This document shows, piece after piece, positions 7,977-16,164 of a DNA stretch of 64,000 nt; position 1 is the stretch's first letter, and every line of letters begins with the position of its first letter. Under the pieces are notes generated by a model that saw nothing but the letters and a program-made list of their open reading frames with translations, was not told the DNA's origin and made no database searches. A program made the position numbers and the translations under genes. This stretch comes from a virus, in IMG/VR virus record IMGVR_UViG_3300048587_000983; one strand, 5' to 3'.

Positions 7977-8380
7977 TCCTCTTTTATTCGGCGCGGGCTG
8001 TAACGGCCGTGGATCTCGCTGGCTTTGCGACCGTGCTGACCTACCATGGAGCCGATAGCTCCGCCCAGGTAAGAACCCCCGCCTGCACCCAGGGCTGCGA
8101 GAAGTTTTACCGCCTCCGGGTCAATCCTTTTTGACTTCGCCAGCGACGCCAAAGCCCCGGCAGCAGCACCGAGTCCTGCGCCCCCGACACCGCCTATACC
8201 CATGCCTTTGAGGCCTTGGATCGTTTGGTGTTTAAATGCTTCGCCGAAGCCCTGCATTTTTTTTCCCGGTTCCGCTTCGATCGCAGTCGAGATGGGGTTG
8301 CCGAGCAGAAAACGGCGGCCGTGGTGACCCTCGGGGTTCCCGGCTGCCGCTTTTTCAAAACCTTCCCAGAAAGAGTTCAT
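7973..8380 (-). CDS. Tagged glycine-zipper protein (putative virion cargo/ejection protein)
   Basis: MNSFWEGFEKAAA tag; GIGGVGGAGLGAAAGALA and GAGGGSYLGGAIG segments. Confidence 0.7.
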   Translation of the reverse strand: MNSFWEGFEKAAAGNPEGHHGRRFLLGNPISTAIEAEPGKKMQGFGEAFKHQTIQGLKGMGIGGVGGAGLGAAAGALASLAKSKRIDPEAVKLLAALGAGGGSYLGGAIGSMVGQHGRKASEIHGRYSPRRIKED

Positions 8381-8392
8381 GGTTTGCTCCCA

Positions 8393-9100
8393 TTAAAACG
8401 CATCGACGTTCAGCGGTACGAGGCGATCGTACTGGACGCTGACACCTTCCATGATCAAGACAGAGCCCGATGATACCGTCATCTGGTGGCCTTGAACATA
8501 GGAGTCTTCGACATAAAAGCCGCCCACCGTGTCCGTGTTTGCGTCCTTGAAGTAGACGGCCAGACCGGTCGGCTGCGCGAAGAGGTCGGAAGCGAGGTCG
8601 ATGATGAGATAGCCGTAACCCGGGTTTCTCTTCAGCTCGTGAAGATCCCCCACGGAAAAGGTATCGAGAAGCGCCGCGCTGGGGTCCGGGACCTCATTGC
8701 GACCTTCAGGAGAGGTTACCGTTGCGCCTACCGCCGCCGTACCCAGATCAAAGGTGCCGGCGTTGCTTCGGTAGTACGCGTAGAGCACGCGAAGCAGCGA
8801 GGGTCCAAAGTAGAACGTCCGGCCGATCGAAATCGAGCCGACGGTCCTGCCGGGGATAAAGTAGGACCGGGTGGAGCCGATCTCAAAAATCCGCTGCAGC
8901 TGGCGGCTTTGCTGAATACCGAACGTCTCAAGAAGGCCAATCGGGTAGGCGATCTCCGTCCCTGCACCACCCTCCGTGGTCAGCCGGGGAGGGCCGGCAG
9001 CGATGAGCGTGGACTCAGCGCTGACGAACTGCCCACCGACAAGCTCCTGCTGAACCCTGTAGTTATAAAAGTCCCAGTTGCTGTAGCTCGTGGTAGCCAT
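8393..9100 (-). CDS. Contractile tail tube protein
   Basis: Immediately downstream of sheath; IGLLETFGIQQSRQLQRIFEIGS...FIPG...GSISIGR pattern typical of myophage tube proteins. Confidence 0.75.
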   Translation of the reverse strand: MATTSYSNWDFYNYRVQQELVGGQFVSAESTLIAAGPPRLTTEGGAGTEIAYPIGLLETFGIQQSRQLQRIFEIGSTRSYFIPGRTVGSISIGRTFYFGPSLLRVLYAYYRSNAGTFDLGTAAVGATVTSPEGRNEVPDPSAALLDTFSVGDLHELKRNPGYGYLIIDLASDLFAQPTGLAVYFKDANTDTVGGFYVEDSYVQGHQMTVSSGSVLIMEGVSVQYDRLVPLNVDAF

Positions 9101-9112
9101 GTGTACTCCTCC

Positions 9113-11587
9113 TTAGACCTGGATGGTGATGTCGATGTTGTTGAGCGGGATCGGTATCTGAAAGTTGAACAGCACATCGACGGTGTCGATCTGTGTTTCA
9201 GATTCCGTAAGAGAGACAAGCTTTCCGGCTCGGATGACGCCACCAAACCTTGGGACGCGGGTGGTGTCGCGGAGAAAGATGATTTCCCCTTCCCCGGTCG
9301 TCTTCAGGGCATCAAGAGTGGTGTCGATGATGTTGTACTGGCCGATGTATGGCGCATACGTGCTCCGAAGGTGCTTGGCCATGAAATCGACGTTTTTGGT
9401 GACCGAATACTCCTGGAACTTGATGCTCGACAGATCCGTCGTCAGCTGGTGACGAACGTAAAGAGGCGTGTCGGGCGTGTCCTGAGCAAAGATCAGCGTA
9501 CCGCCACCTGCAATGGTGTCGAGCTGCGCTTCGGTGAAGTAGCGCGTCGAGTGTTTGAAGCCGAGAAAGCCCGAGACTGCGAGGTTTGTAAAACCTTGCT
9601 GGGTTGGAAGACCTGACGTCAGGGCGGCGATGGTACACGCTCCGTAAAAGCCAGGGACATCCTCTGTCTCCGATCCGACGGGCGCCTGAAGAACATCGGG
9701 CCAGCAGTGGACAACGCGGCGATCGGCAAAGGCCTCACTGTAGGAGGCGACCTGAGCTGCCTGCTCAGCCTTGGTCAAATCGCGGTTGATCTCGTAGGTG
9801 ATTCCCGTTTGAAGGGACACGATGCCTGGGATTGCAGTCGCAAGGGTCAGCTGACGATCGCTTTGAACGGAGCCGATTTTGTAGCGACCCTCAAACGAAA
9901 CTCCGCTGATCTCGATGTAGTGCCCGGCGGCGACGCCGTTGGCAAGAAAGGCCGCATTGCGGTCGTAAAAAATAAGACCGCCGGCCGAGAGGCCATCGCG
10001 CCGGTAGATGTAATACTGGATGTCTGTGGGAGTGCCGGCCGTGATGAAGCTCGACGCCAGAGTGAGCGAGTTGTCGCTCGTCTTTGTCGTGACGACATAG
10101 GTTCCGGGGTTGACGTTGGTACCGCCAACGATCACAACCGAATCACCGAGGGCCACGTTCAAAAACGCGTCGGGCGTGGCGTCGTTGAGCACGGCGGGGT
10201 TTGTGACAAAGCTGCCTGACCCATCGACTTGTGTGTTGACGATAACTCTGGAGTTATTCGCCGTCGTGACCGTCGTCTGCTCCTCCTGAAGCAGAAGGGT
10301 TGTCTTCAAAAGACTTGAAATCAGTACCACGCGCTCCTGCTTTCTCTGTGGCTGAGACAGCTGATCGACGTGGTTTTTGAAGAGTGTGTGGACAACAGGC
10401 GACTGCGAAAGAGGCGCTAGTGCGTACATTTCGGTGGTTTCGAGAACCTCGGTTGCCGCGGTGTAGGAGAGCACTTCGTCAGTGACCGCGTTTTCGTCAA
10501 GACCAAGGCCGTTGACCGGAGTCACCGTGTTTTGAAGCATGATGGAAAGCCCGTAGCCAAGCGGGTTCGATGGAACCAGCTGCCCGCTTCCAAAGACGCT
10601 CGTCAGGTCGGTCGTGCCCTCATACTCGCGCACCTCGGCTGCGAGGTCGTTGCGGAGAGCTCGATAGCTCGCATAGAACGTACCCGAGAGCACGTCGTAG
10701 AGAGTGGAATCGACTTCCGTCTGAAGACCAAGCGGGAGAGTGACCCCGTCAGCGTCAGCCGTGAAACCGTTTCCGGGTGAATCCAGGTACTCGACCTCGA
10801 TTTCACCGATGCGGCGCTTGATGGAATAGGTCAGCGGCGCTTCGGGAGTATCAAGAAACGGCGTTTGCAAAACGAGCGTGTTGTCGTCGGTTTTGCTTTT
10901 GATTACGTAATCGCCCTGGTTGGTCGTTCCGCGATCGCCGGAGATCGAGTAGGCAACATCCGTTGATGCGCCGACGCCATCGTTGACATCCGCGTCGAGC
11001 AAAAGCAGCGAGTCGGAGAGTTTTGCAGTGACAAGGTAGGTTCCGGTATTCGTGTTTGTACCGGCTGTGACAACAACCTCATCGCCGGCCTTCACCTGCG
11101 CGAATTGGCCTACGACACCGGCCGTGAGGCGGTTGCGCTGTCCGGCGGTGTCGGTCGTAACACCATCAGTTTGCGCGGCGACGATTTCAACGCCGGTTTC
11201 CTCGACGATTGTGACAATATCCCCTGCCACGACGTCCGCGAAAAGGGTAGGCGAGCTATCGTCGGTGAGAACATCACCCGCGCCCGATCCGTTTGTCTGC
11301 TCCGCCAGCACCTGGATAATGGTGTTTCGCATGACCCCGGACAGCTGTTTTTTGGTGGCCGGGAACATTTCGTCTTCAGCCGTAAAGCTGAGGTCGACAA
11401 CTGCTCCACCGAGAAGCCCAGCGTAGGCGTAGGTTTGCTCAGCGCCCGAATAGGTGCCAAGCAGATCGTTGTTGACGACCTGGTAGGCTGGGCCAATCAC
11501 GCAACATGGTAGCGCAAATGCTGCCAGAGCGGGCGCTGCATTCTGAAACTCTTGAGTGACAATCACTCCGGGGCGGCGATAAGCCAT
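9113..11587 (-). CDS. Tail sheath protein (824 aa, with repeated beta-rich insertion domains)
   Basis: N-term YRRPGVIVTQEF; C-terminal sheath core (DTIAGGGTLIF...YVRHQLTTD...EYSVTKNVDF...FQIPIPLNNIDITIQV); AAGGAGG SD before ATG 11587. Confidence 0.9.
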   Translation of the reverse strand: MAYRRPGVIVTQEFQNAAPALAAFALPCCVIGPAYQVVNNDLLGTYSGAEQTYAYAGLLGGAVVDLSFTAEDEMFPATKKQLSGVMRNTIIQVLAEQTNGSGAGDVLTDDSSPTLFADVVAGDIVTIVEETGVEIVAAQTDGVTTDTAGQRNRLTAGVVGQFAQVKAGDEVVVTAGTNTNTGTYLVTAKLSDSLLLLDADVNDGVGASTDVAYSISGDRGTTNQGDYVIKSKTDDNTLVLQTPFLDTPEAPLTYSIKRRIGEIEVEYLDSPGNGFTADADGVTLPLGLQTEVDSTLYDVLSGTFYASYRALRNDLAAEVREYEGTTDLTSVFGSGQLVPSNPLGYGLSIMLQNTVTPVNGLGLDENAVTDEVLSYTAATEVLETTEMYALAPLSQSPVVHTLFKNHVDQLSQPQRKQERVVLISSLLKTTLLLQEEQTTVTTANNSRVIVNTQVDGSGSFVTNPAVLNDATPDAFLNVALGDSVVIVGGTNVNPGTYVVTTKTSDNSLTLASSFITAGTPTDIQYYIYRRDGLSAGGLIFYDRNAAFLANGVAAGHYIEISGVSFEGRYKIGSVQSDRQLTLATAIPGIVSLQTGITYEINRDLTKAEQAAQVASYSEAFADRRVVHCWPDVLQAPVGSETEDVPGFYGACTIAALTSGLPTQQGFTNLAVSGFLGFKHSTRYFTEAQLDTIAGGGTLIFAQDTPDTPLYVRHQLTTDLSSIKFQEYSVTKNVDFMAKHLRSTYAPYIGQYNIIDTTLDALKTTGEGEIIFLRDTTRVPRFGGVIRAGKLVSLTESETQIDTVDVLFNFQIPIPLNNIDITIQV

Positions 11588-11598
11588 TGAAAACCTCC

Positions 11599-12267
11599 TT
11601 ACTCGTTGTCGATGAGAAGATCCGTAACGATTTTCTGCAGTTTCCTCTCCGCGACTGTGTCGAGAGTCCAACGATCCTGGATTTGTGCGGTGAGATAGAT
11701 AGGGACGATGTAAGTCTTGTCGTCAGCCCCTTCCGACTCGATCAACTGCTCTGCACCGATGTTTAGGCTCTTGATGGAAAGAAACCCATATTTTCGCAAG
11801 ACAGGAGCAAACCATTTGAACGAATTGAACACGATGTGCCCAATCTGTTCGGCCTCCACGCCTTCACGCGAAACGCAGGAAATTGCCAGGGATCCGGTGA
11901 GAATGTCGTTGAACGTGTATTTGCCGGTTGCGACTTTACGCTGCTCGAGGCTACTGCCCCCAAGACCTGTTCCAGTCCACGTCAGCGGCCCACGCACGGC
12001 CACGATTGCAGGACGGCTGCCCACAGTCTGAAGATCGACCGCATGAACATCCGCTATGATGATTTCTGTCTGCTCGTCATCCTGGTCGAAGTGAAACGAC
12101 CCTGGTGCCCTTTGGGAAAAGATCACCTGGAGGAATTCTAACGCTGTTCTCTTTAAAAAAACAGCCACATTCGGAATGAGATCGCCGCCGGCAATCGACT
12201 GCCTGCGGATGCCAAACCCGGTGTCGCTACCAGGCGAGGTCGGGTTGCCCTTCTTCATCGAGACCAT
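11599..12267 (-). CDS. Tail completion/terminator-like protein
   Basis: Position just before sheath; size and alpha/beta pattern of tail completion proteins. Confidence 0.5.
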   Translation of the reverse strand: MVSMKKGNPTSPGSDTGFGIRRQSIAGGDLIPNVAVFLKRTALEFLQVIFSQRAPGSFHFDQDDEQTEIIIADVHAVDLQTVGSRPAIVAVRGPLTWTGTGLGGSSLEQRKVATGKYTFNDILTGSLAISCVSREGVEAEQIGHIVFNSFKWFAPVLRKYGFLSIKSLNIGAEQLIESEGADDKTYIVPIYLTAQIQDRWTLDTVAERKLQKIVTDLLIDNE

Positions 12268-12287
12268 CGGCTAAAATCCTCATCGGT

Positions 12288-12449
12288 TTAGCCGGAAGGG
12301 GCTTTGGCGGCCTTTTTGGCCTTGACGGCCTTTGCTTTCTCCCGGCTTACAGTTGCGAAATGCTGCTGCTCCATCTCAGCTCCGATAGCTGAAAGGGCGT
12401 CCTTGATTGATTTATGGACAGTCACTCCCGGGATGCGCCCGCGTTTCAT
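12288..12449 (-). CDS. Small basic Lys/Ala-rich protein (53 aa, below the ORF-track cutoff)
   Basis: MKRGRIPGVTVHKSIKDALSAIGAEMEQQHFATVSREKAKAVKAKKAAKAPSG; AGGAG SD overlapping the upstream stop. Confidence 0.65.
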   Translation of the reverse strand: MKRGRIPGVTVHKSIKDALSAIGAEMEQQHFATVSREKAKAVKAKKAAKAPSG

Positions 12450-12457
12450 GACAGCTC

Positions 12458-13633
12458 CTATATCCAGCTGCCCATAAGGCGGCTGCCGTAACTCATGGGT
12501 TTTGGGACGTTTGCGGTCAAAACCTGACTGTTTGCCGCGCCCGGTGTGCCCGCATTTGGCGGCTTTGTCGGTGAGGGCGTCGGGCTTGGCTTGCTCCTTG
12601 GGCCAATCGACTGCCCCGAGACGGGTCTCGCGGTTCTTATCTTGCCGAAAGATTTCATTGTTCTGAGGCCCGAGGTGACCCCTGGCATGACCCCTATGAG
12701 GCTCGCTGCGGTCTTGGCCCTATCGAAGCCTTGGAGGGCACCGGAGGCCGTTTTGCTTGCAAAGTGGCGATCGACGCTTTTTTGGATATCGCCGCTCCTG
12801 AGTTTTGCCGCGAGATTGCCCACCGCCTCCGAGATGGCAGGTCTCGCAAGGGTCGTGACATAGCCCGTGGCAAGGGCGCTCCCTGCCAGTGCGAGTGCGA
12901 GGTGGGGAAGAGTCCCTGCGGTTCCAGGGCCAAGCACCTTGCTGGCAAGCCTGTCGGCAACCTGTCGCGCCCAACCTGGCTTCGCGTTTATGACGGGTCT
13001 CGACGCTTTCAAGAGCTCATAGCCTGCGAGGACGCCTGCTGTTCCCGCTGCGACCTCAGCCGCCCGCGCCCCCACGCCGCTTGCCGACGCCAGAGCAGAG
13101 AGTGAACTGGTATCCTCCTGCTCGAATTCATCGCTCTTCAAAAGAGCGCTCATCGTCCGGTCCTCTATTCCCTTCTTTCGTACGCCACGCACCTTCTCGC
13201 CAAGGGCTGCGCCCGGTGTCAGGGCGAGTTTATTGCCGAGGTCACTGAACATGCTGCCCCAAAGATTACGGGCCAGGGCCGCAGAGGCATCGAAAGCGGA
13301 CTTTTCCCCCGCCCACTCCCGCTCCTTCGCTCGATTGAAGCCCGCATCGAAGGCCGCAATTTTCTTCCAGGCCTTATAAGCGCTACCGCCTCCGAGAAGA
13401 GCACCACCGAGGCTCCCAAGGCCGGGCGCAGTATCGAGAAGCTTATTGCGGAGGTTTCCTTTCCTGGGATCCGCAAAGCTATCCTTGCCGAGACCTTTGG
13501 CTATATCACCGACCCCGCCCCCGGCAAGAGATCCTCCGGCGACGCCTGCGAGGATACTGAGCCCCTTTAAAAGCGTGAGTGCAGGGCTACGACCTTGTGC
13601 TCTTTTATTGAAACCCGCATCGAAAGCGCTCAT
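12458..13633 (-). CDS. Tagged Gly/Ala-rich protein (putative internal head/ejection protein)
   Basis: MSAFDAGFNKRA tag, internal AFDAGFNRAK and ALQGFDRAKTAAS copies; several Gly-zipper hydrophobic segments. Confidence 0.7.
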   Translation of the reverse strand: MSAFDAGFNKRAQGRSPALTLLKGLSILAGVAGGSLAGGGVGDIAKGLGKDSFADPRKGNLRNKLLDTAPGLGSLGGALLGGGSAYKAWKKIAAFDAGFNRAKEREWAGEKSAFDASAALARNLWGSMFSDLGNKLALTPGAALGEKVRGVRKKGIEDRTMSALLKSDEFEQEDTSSLSALASASGVGARAAEVAAGTAGVLAGYELLKASRPVINAKPGWARQVADRLASKVLGPGTAGTLPHLALALAGSALATGYVTTLARPAISEAVGNLAAKLRSGDIQKSVDRHFASKTASGALQGFDRAKTAASLIGVMPGVTSGLRTMKSFGKIRTARPVSGQSIGPRSKPSPTPSPTKPPNAGTPGAANSQVLTANVPKPMSYGSRLMGSWI

Positions 13634-14499
13634 CAGAATTCCCTCTGCTTTTCCCGTTTTTCAGCTTCAGCAAGAAGCGCCAGCTTCCGGGCCTCGGGCA
13701 CATCAAGTCGCTGCTCCACATCGGAAGGGTTGATTGCGTCGAGCCGGGCAAACTGGAGCATGACAGTGCGGTTTTTCTCCGGCCCTCTGACGTTGGAAAC
13801 CTTCCAGAAGCGCCCAGGCTTGAGTTCGAGGATCACGTCGTCGTTGTTGAGGAGCGGGTAGTTTGTGAACATGATATCGGTCTGAGTCGGCTGGCGCTTG
13901 CCCCACTCGGTGACCTGCTCGACACGGGGGTCGGGCTCAAAGCTCATCCAGACATCGATGGGCGGATAAAAACCCCCGATGCGGCCCGTTCCGTAGCAGG
14001 TTTGGCAGTTGCTTTTGGTGACGCGCTTTAGAACCTGATCCCAGCACTCGGGGCAGTTGGTTCCCTCGCGTCTTTTTTTATAAACCATGGCCGGCACACC
14101 AAAGACCCAGCGCATCGCAAAAAGATGCTCGTCGACCACGTAGATGCCGACAAGGTCAAGGTCACCGTCCCAGGTCGTCTCCTTTGAGGTGAAGGTCTGA
14201 ACCGGGGTATCGCCCTCGTACTCAACGGCGCGCACCCTGTAGTAGTAGATCTTGTTGAGGTCCTTCAGGTTCGCCGTGAAGTCCACGTACTCGGGAAGAT
14301 CCCCGATCGTAAGAGGCTCGGCATTGAGCTGGCGCATCTCGCTCGGGCTCTCGCCCCGGTCGATAAAAAAGCGCAGCCGCGACAGGTTTTGTGCGGATTT
14401 GGCGAGCCTCCAGCCAACCCTTACGCGCGATATGTGTTCGATCGAAAGGATCGTCACAGATATTTCCGCGAACTCTATGCGCCTAAGGATTGCTGGCAT
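13633..14499 (-). CDS. Neck/head-closure-like protein with N-terminal beta-sandwich and Zn finger
   Basis: YYYRVRAV (FN3-like); CPEC...CQTCYGTG; position between capsid and tail genes. Confidence 0.55.
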   Translation of the reverse strand: MPAILRRIEFAEISVTILSIEHISRVRVGWRLAKSAQNLSRLRFFIDRGESPSEMRQLNAEPLTIGDLPEYVDFTANLKDLNKIYYYRVRAVEYEGDTPVQTFTSKETTWDGDLDLVGIYVVDEHLFAMRWVFGVPAMVYKKRREGTNCPECWDQVLKRVTKSNCQTCYGTGRIGGFYPPIDVWMSFEPDPRVEQVTEWGKRQPTQTDIMFTNYPLLNNDDVILELKPGRFWKVSNVRGPEKNRTVMLQFARLDAINPSDVEQRLDVPEARKLALLAEAEKREKQREF

Positions 14500-14511
14500 G
14501 AAAGCCCCTTG

Positions 14512-14904
14512 TCAGTCGGCAAGTATTTTTTCGTCCTTTTTGAAACGTGCTTCGAGGGGCGGCGGCTGAGAAAGAAGAGCGCGCTGCTGCCGAAGGAGCT
14601 TCAAAAGGATGGCATAGTTGGCAAGATCGAGAAGCGTGTCTTCCACGGACTCGTCTGTGACCATGGCCTGCTTTCCCTTTATAAGAGAAATGACCCGCTT
14701 GAACTTATCGGTCATCCGAGTCAGCAGTCCGATTTCCGCAGGACATACCCCCAAAAGCTCCACGGCCATGAAGTTGTCGAACGGGTCGTCGGAGACGGTG
14801 TAATCATTATTTTTCTTCTCGGCCGTCCGCGCCATCCTCTCGATGGTTTCATTGAAGGCTGAGAGGAAGTGCTCCTTGTCCATTCCGGTGGCGTACATGA
14901 TCAT
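14512..14904 (-). CDS. DUF1599 / nucleotide-modification-associated domain (Nmad1)-like protein
   Basis: KKNNDY...DPFDNF...GLLTRMTDKFKR...ESVEDTLLDLANYAIL motif. Confidence 0.8.
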   Translation of the reverse strand: MIMYATGMDKEHFLSAFNETIERMARTAEKKNNDYTVSDDPFDNFMAVELLGVCPAEIGLLTRMTDKFKRVISLIKGKQAMVTDESVEDTLLDLANYAILLKLLRQQRALLSQPPPLEARFKKDEKILAD

Positions 14905-15095
14905 CCTTTGAAAGTTTCAAACTTTCCGCGATCGCTCTCCATCGTCAAATCTGAGAGGACCGGGCCAGATTTGGAAATGCTTCGCTGCATGATGGGAGGC
15001 GGGACCTCGCTATTTTCACGAGGCATCGCCTTCTCCGCCACTGCGAGGACTTCCGCCTTTTTGTAGAACCCTTGCCAAAAGCTCTCACCAGGCAT
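14901..15095 (-). CDS. Small tagged protein
   Basis: MPGESFWQGFYKKAE; start overlaps the adaptor stop. Confidence 0.6.
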   Translation of the reverse strand: MPGESFWQGFYKKAEVLAVAEKAMPRENSEVPPPIMQRSISKSGPVLSDLTMESDRGKFETFKG

Positions 15096-15564
15096 AGCCG
15101 ATCCAATCGTACTCACTGTTGACACCGCCCCAACCACGATTGATGTTCTGCTGGATTTTCATGTTCCTTTTTTTGGTTTCGTACTCGTTGGCGAAGTTTA
15201 CCATCCAGCTCATATAGTAGTTGCTCTTGTTGGAGCGAATGAAGCTGGAGCCACCGGCTGAGTAGTTGAGCTCGTTTCGTGCCTGCCGCAGACCCTGCGA
15301 TTTAAGCAGCTGAATGGCAGCACCGTGCATGAGCAGGTAAAGGCTCGGAAAGTTCCCGATGTCCTTTGCACCAATAAGAGGCGTCGTCGAATTCCAGTCA
15401 GAGATTGTCATCTCGATTGCGAAAGTCAGCATCTCGTCATCCGACTCGTACTTGTTGATGAGCCGGTTGAGTTCAGGAGTATCCATCATGAAAAGGCGAA
15501 GATAACGCTTCGCTTTTGCCATGCGCGAGGTATCGGTCGTTGACTGCTTTGTGCTCGTGGCCAT
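15085..15564 (-). CDS. Head-tail adaptor/connector protein
   Basis: Helical ~160-aa protein two genes downstream of MCP; NELNYSAGG motif typical of adaptors. Confidence 0.6.
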   Translation of the reverse strand: MATSTKQSTTDTSRMAKAKRYLRLFMMDTPELNRLINKYESDDEMLTFAIEMTISDWNSTTPLIGAKDIGNFPSLYLLMHGAAIQLLKSQGLRQARNELNYSAGGSSFIRSNKSNYYMSWMVNFANEYETKKRNMKIQQNINRGWGGVNSEYDWIGYAW

Positions 15565-15575
15565 GGGTGCCCCGC

Positions 15576-16097
15576 TTAACGTTGACGCCGCTGACGTGGA
15601 GGAATGGAATTTTTAGTAGCCGTGACGGTGAAGTTCGGCGTTCCATCCGGATTCACAGCCCCCTCAAGCTCAGGCTTTGTCGGCATTTTCTTTGCCTGGC
15701 TTTCAAGCTCGGTGACGCCCGTCTCGTTCTGGGCTTCACCCATAAGGCTTGCGCGGGCCTGTCTTGCCCTTTGGCCTTGAGCTGTCGCAACTGCGACTTC
15801 AGAATCAACGCCGCTCTTTGCCTGCTTCTTACGGCCCTGGTTGCTGTGGCCTTGCAAGGCGTCCGTGATATCTTTCAGAGGCTGGCAGGACAGATAGCCC
15901 TGGCTGACGAGCGTTATGATGTCGTCGTTGGGCTCGTTGATGATCTTCACTTCGTCCGGACGAAGCATGATCACCTTGTCCTGAGCGTTGCGATAGCTTA
16001 CGTAGTGACCTTTCTTTTGGATCACTGTTCGCGTATCAGGACCATGGAGGGGCCTTGGTAACTTCGTGATGTTTCGGATTTGAAATTTTTGCCGCAT
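15576..16097 (-). CDS. Hypothetical virion-associated protein
   Basis: 173 aa from ATG 16097 with AGAGGA SD, directly after MCP. Confidence 0.6.
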   Translation of the reverse strand: MRQKFQIRNITKLPRPLHGPDTRTVIQKKGHYVSYRNAQDKVIMLRPDEVKIINEPNDDIITLVSQGYLSCQPLKDITDALQGHSNQGRKKQAKSGVDSEVAVATAQGQRARQARASLMGEAQNETGVTELESQAKKMPTKPELEGAVNPDGTPNFTVTATKNSIPPRQRRQR

Positions 16098-16117
16098 GGT
16101 ACAATTCCTCTCTAATG

Positions 16118-16149
16118 TGAAAACTGCCGGGCGTTTCCACCCGGCAGCC
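16118..16149 (-). terminator. Terminator/stabilising hairpin after major capsid gene
   Basis: CTGCCGGG-TGGAAACG-CCCGGCAG then TTTTC on the minus strand. Confidence 0.7.
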
Positions 16150-16164
16150 TTTGGAACCACGATC

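Noticed and set aside
8486-9616. 376-aa + strand ORF opposite tube/sheath (similar long antisense ORFs at 16096-16935, 21674-22618, 22729-23520, 31323-32810)
   Set aside because: Shadow ORFs on the antisense strand of clearly recognisable genes, expected in GC-rich coding DNA; no SD or recognisable motifs
8393-12267. Tailocin/eCIS/T6SS interpretation of sheath and tube
   Set aside because: Co-transcribed with capsid and head-maturation genes in a phage context
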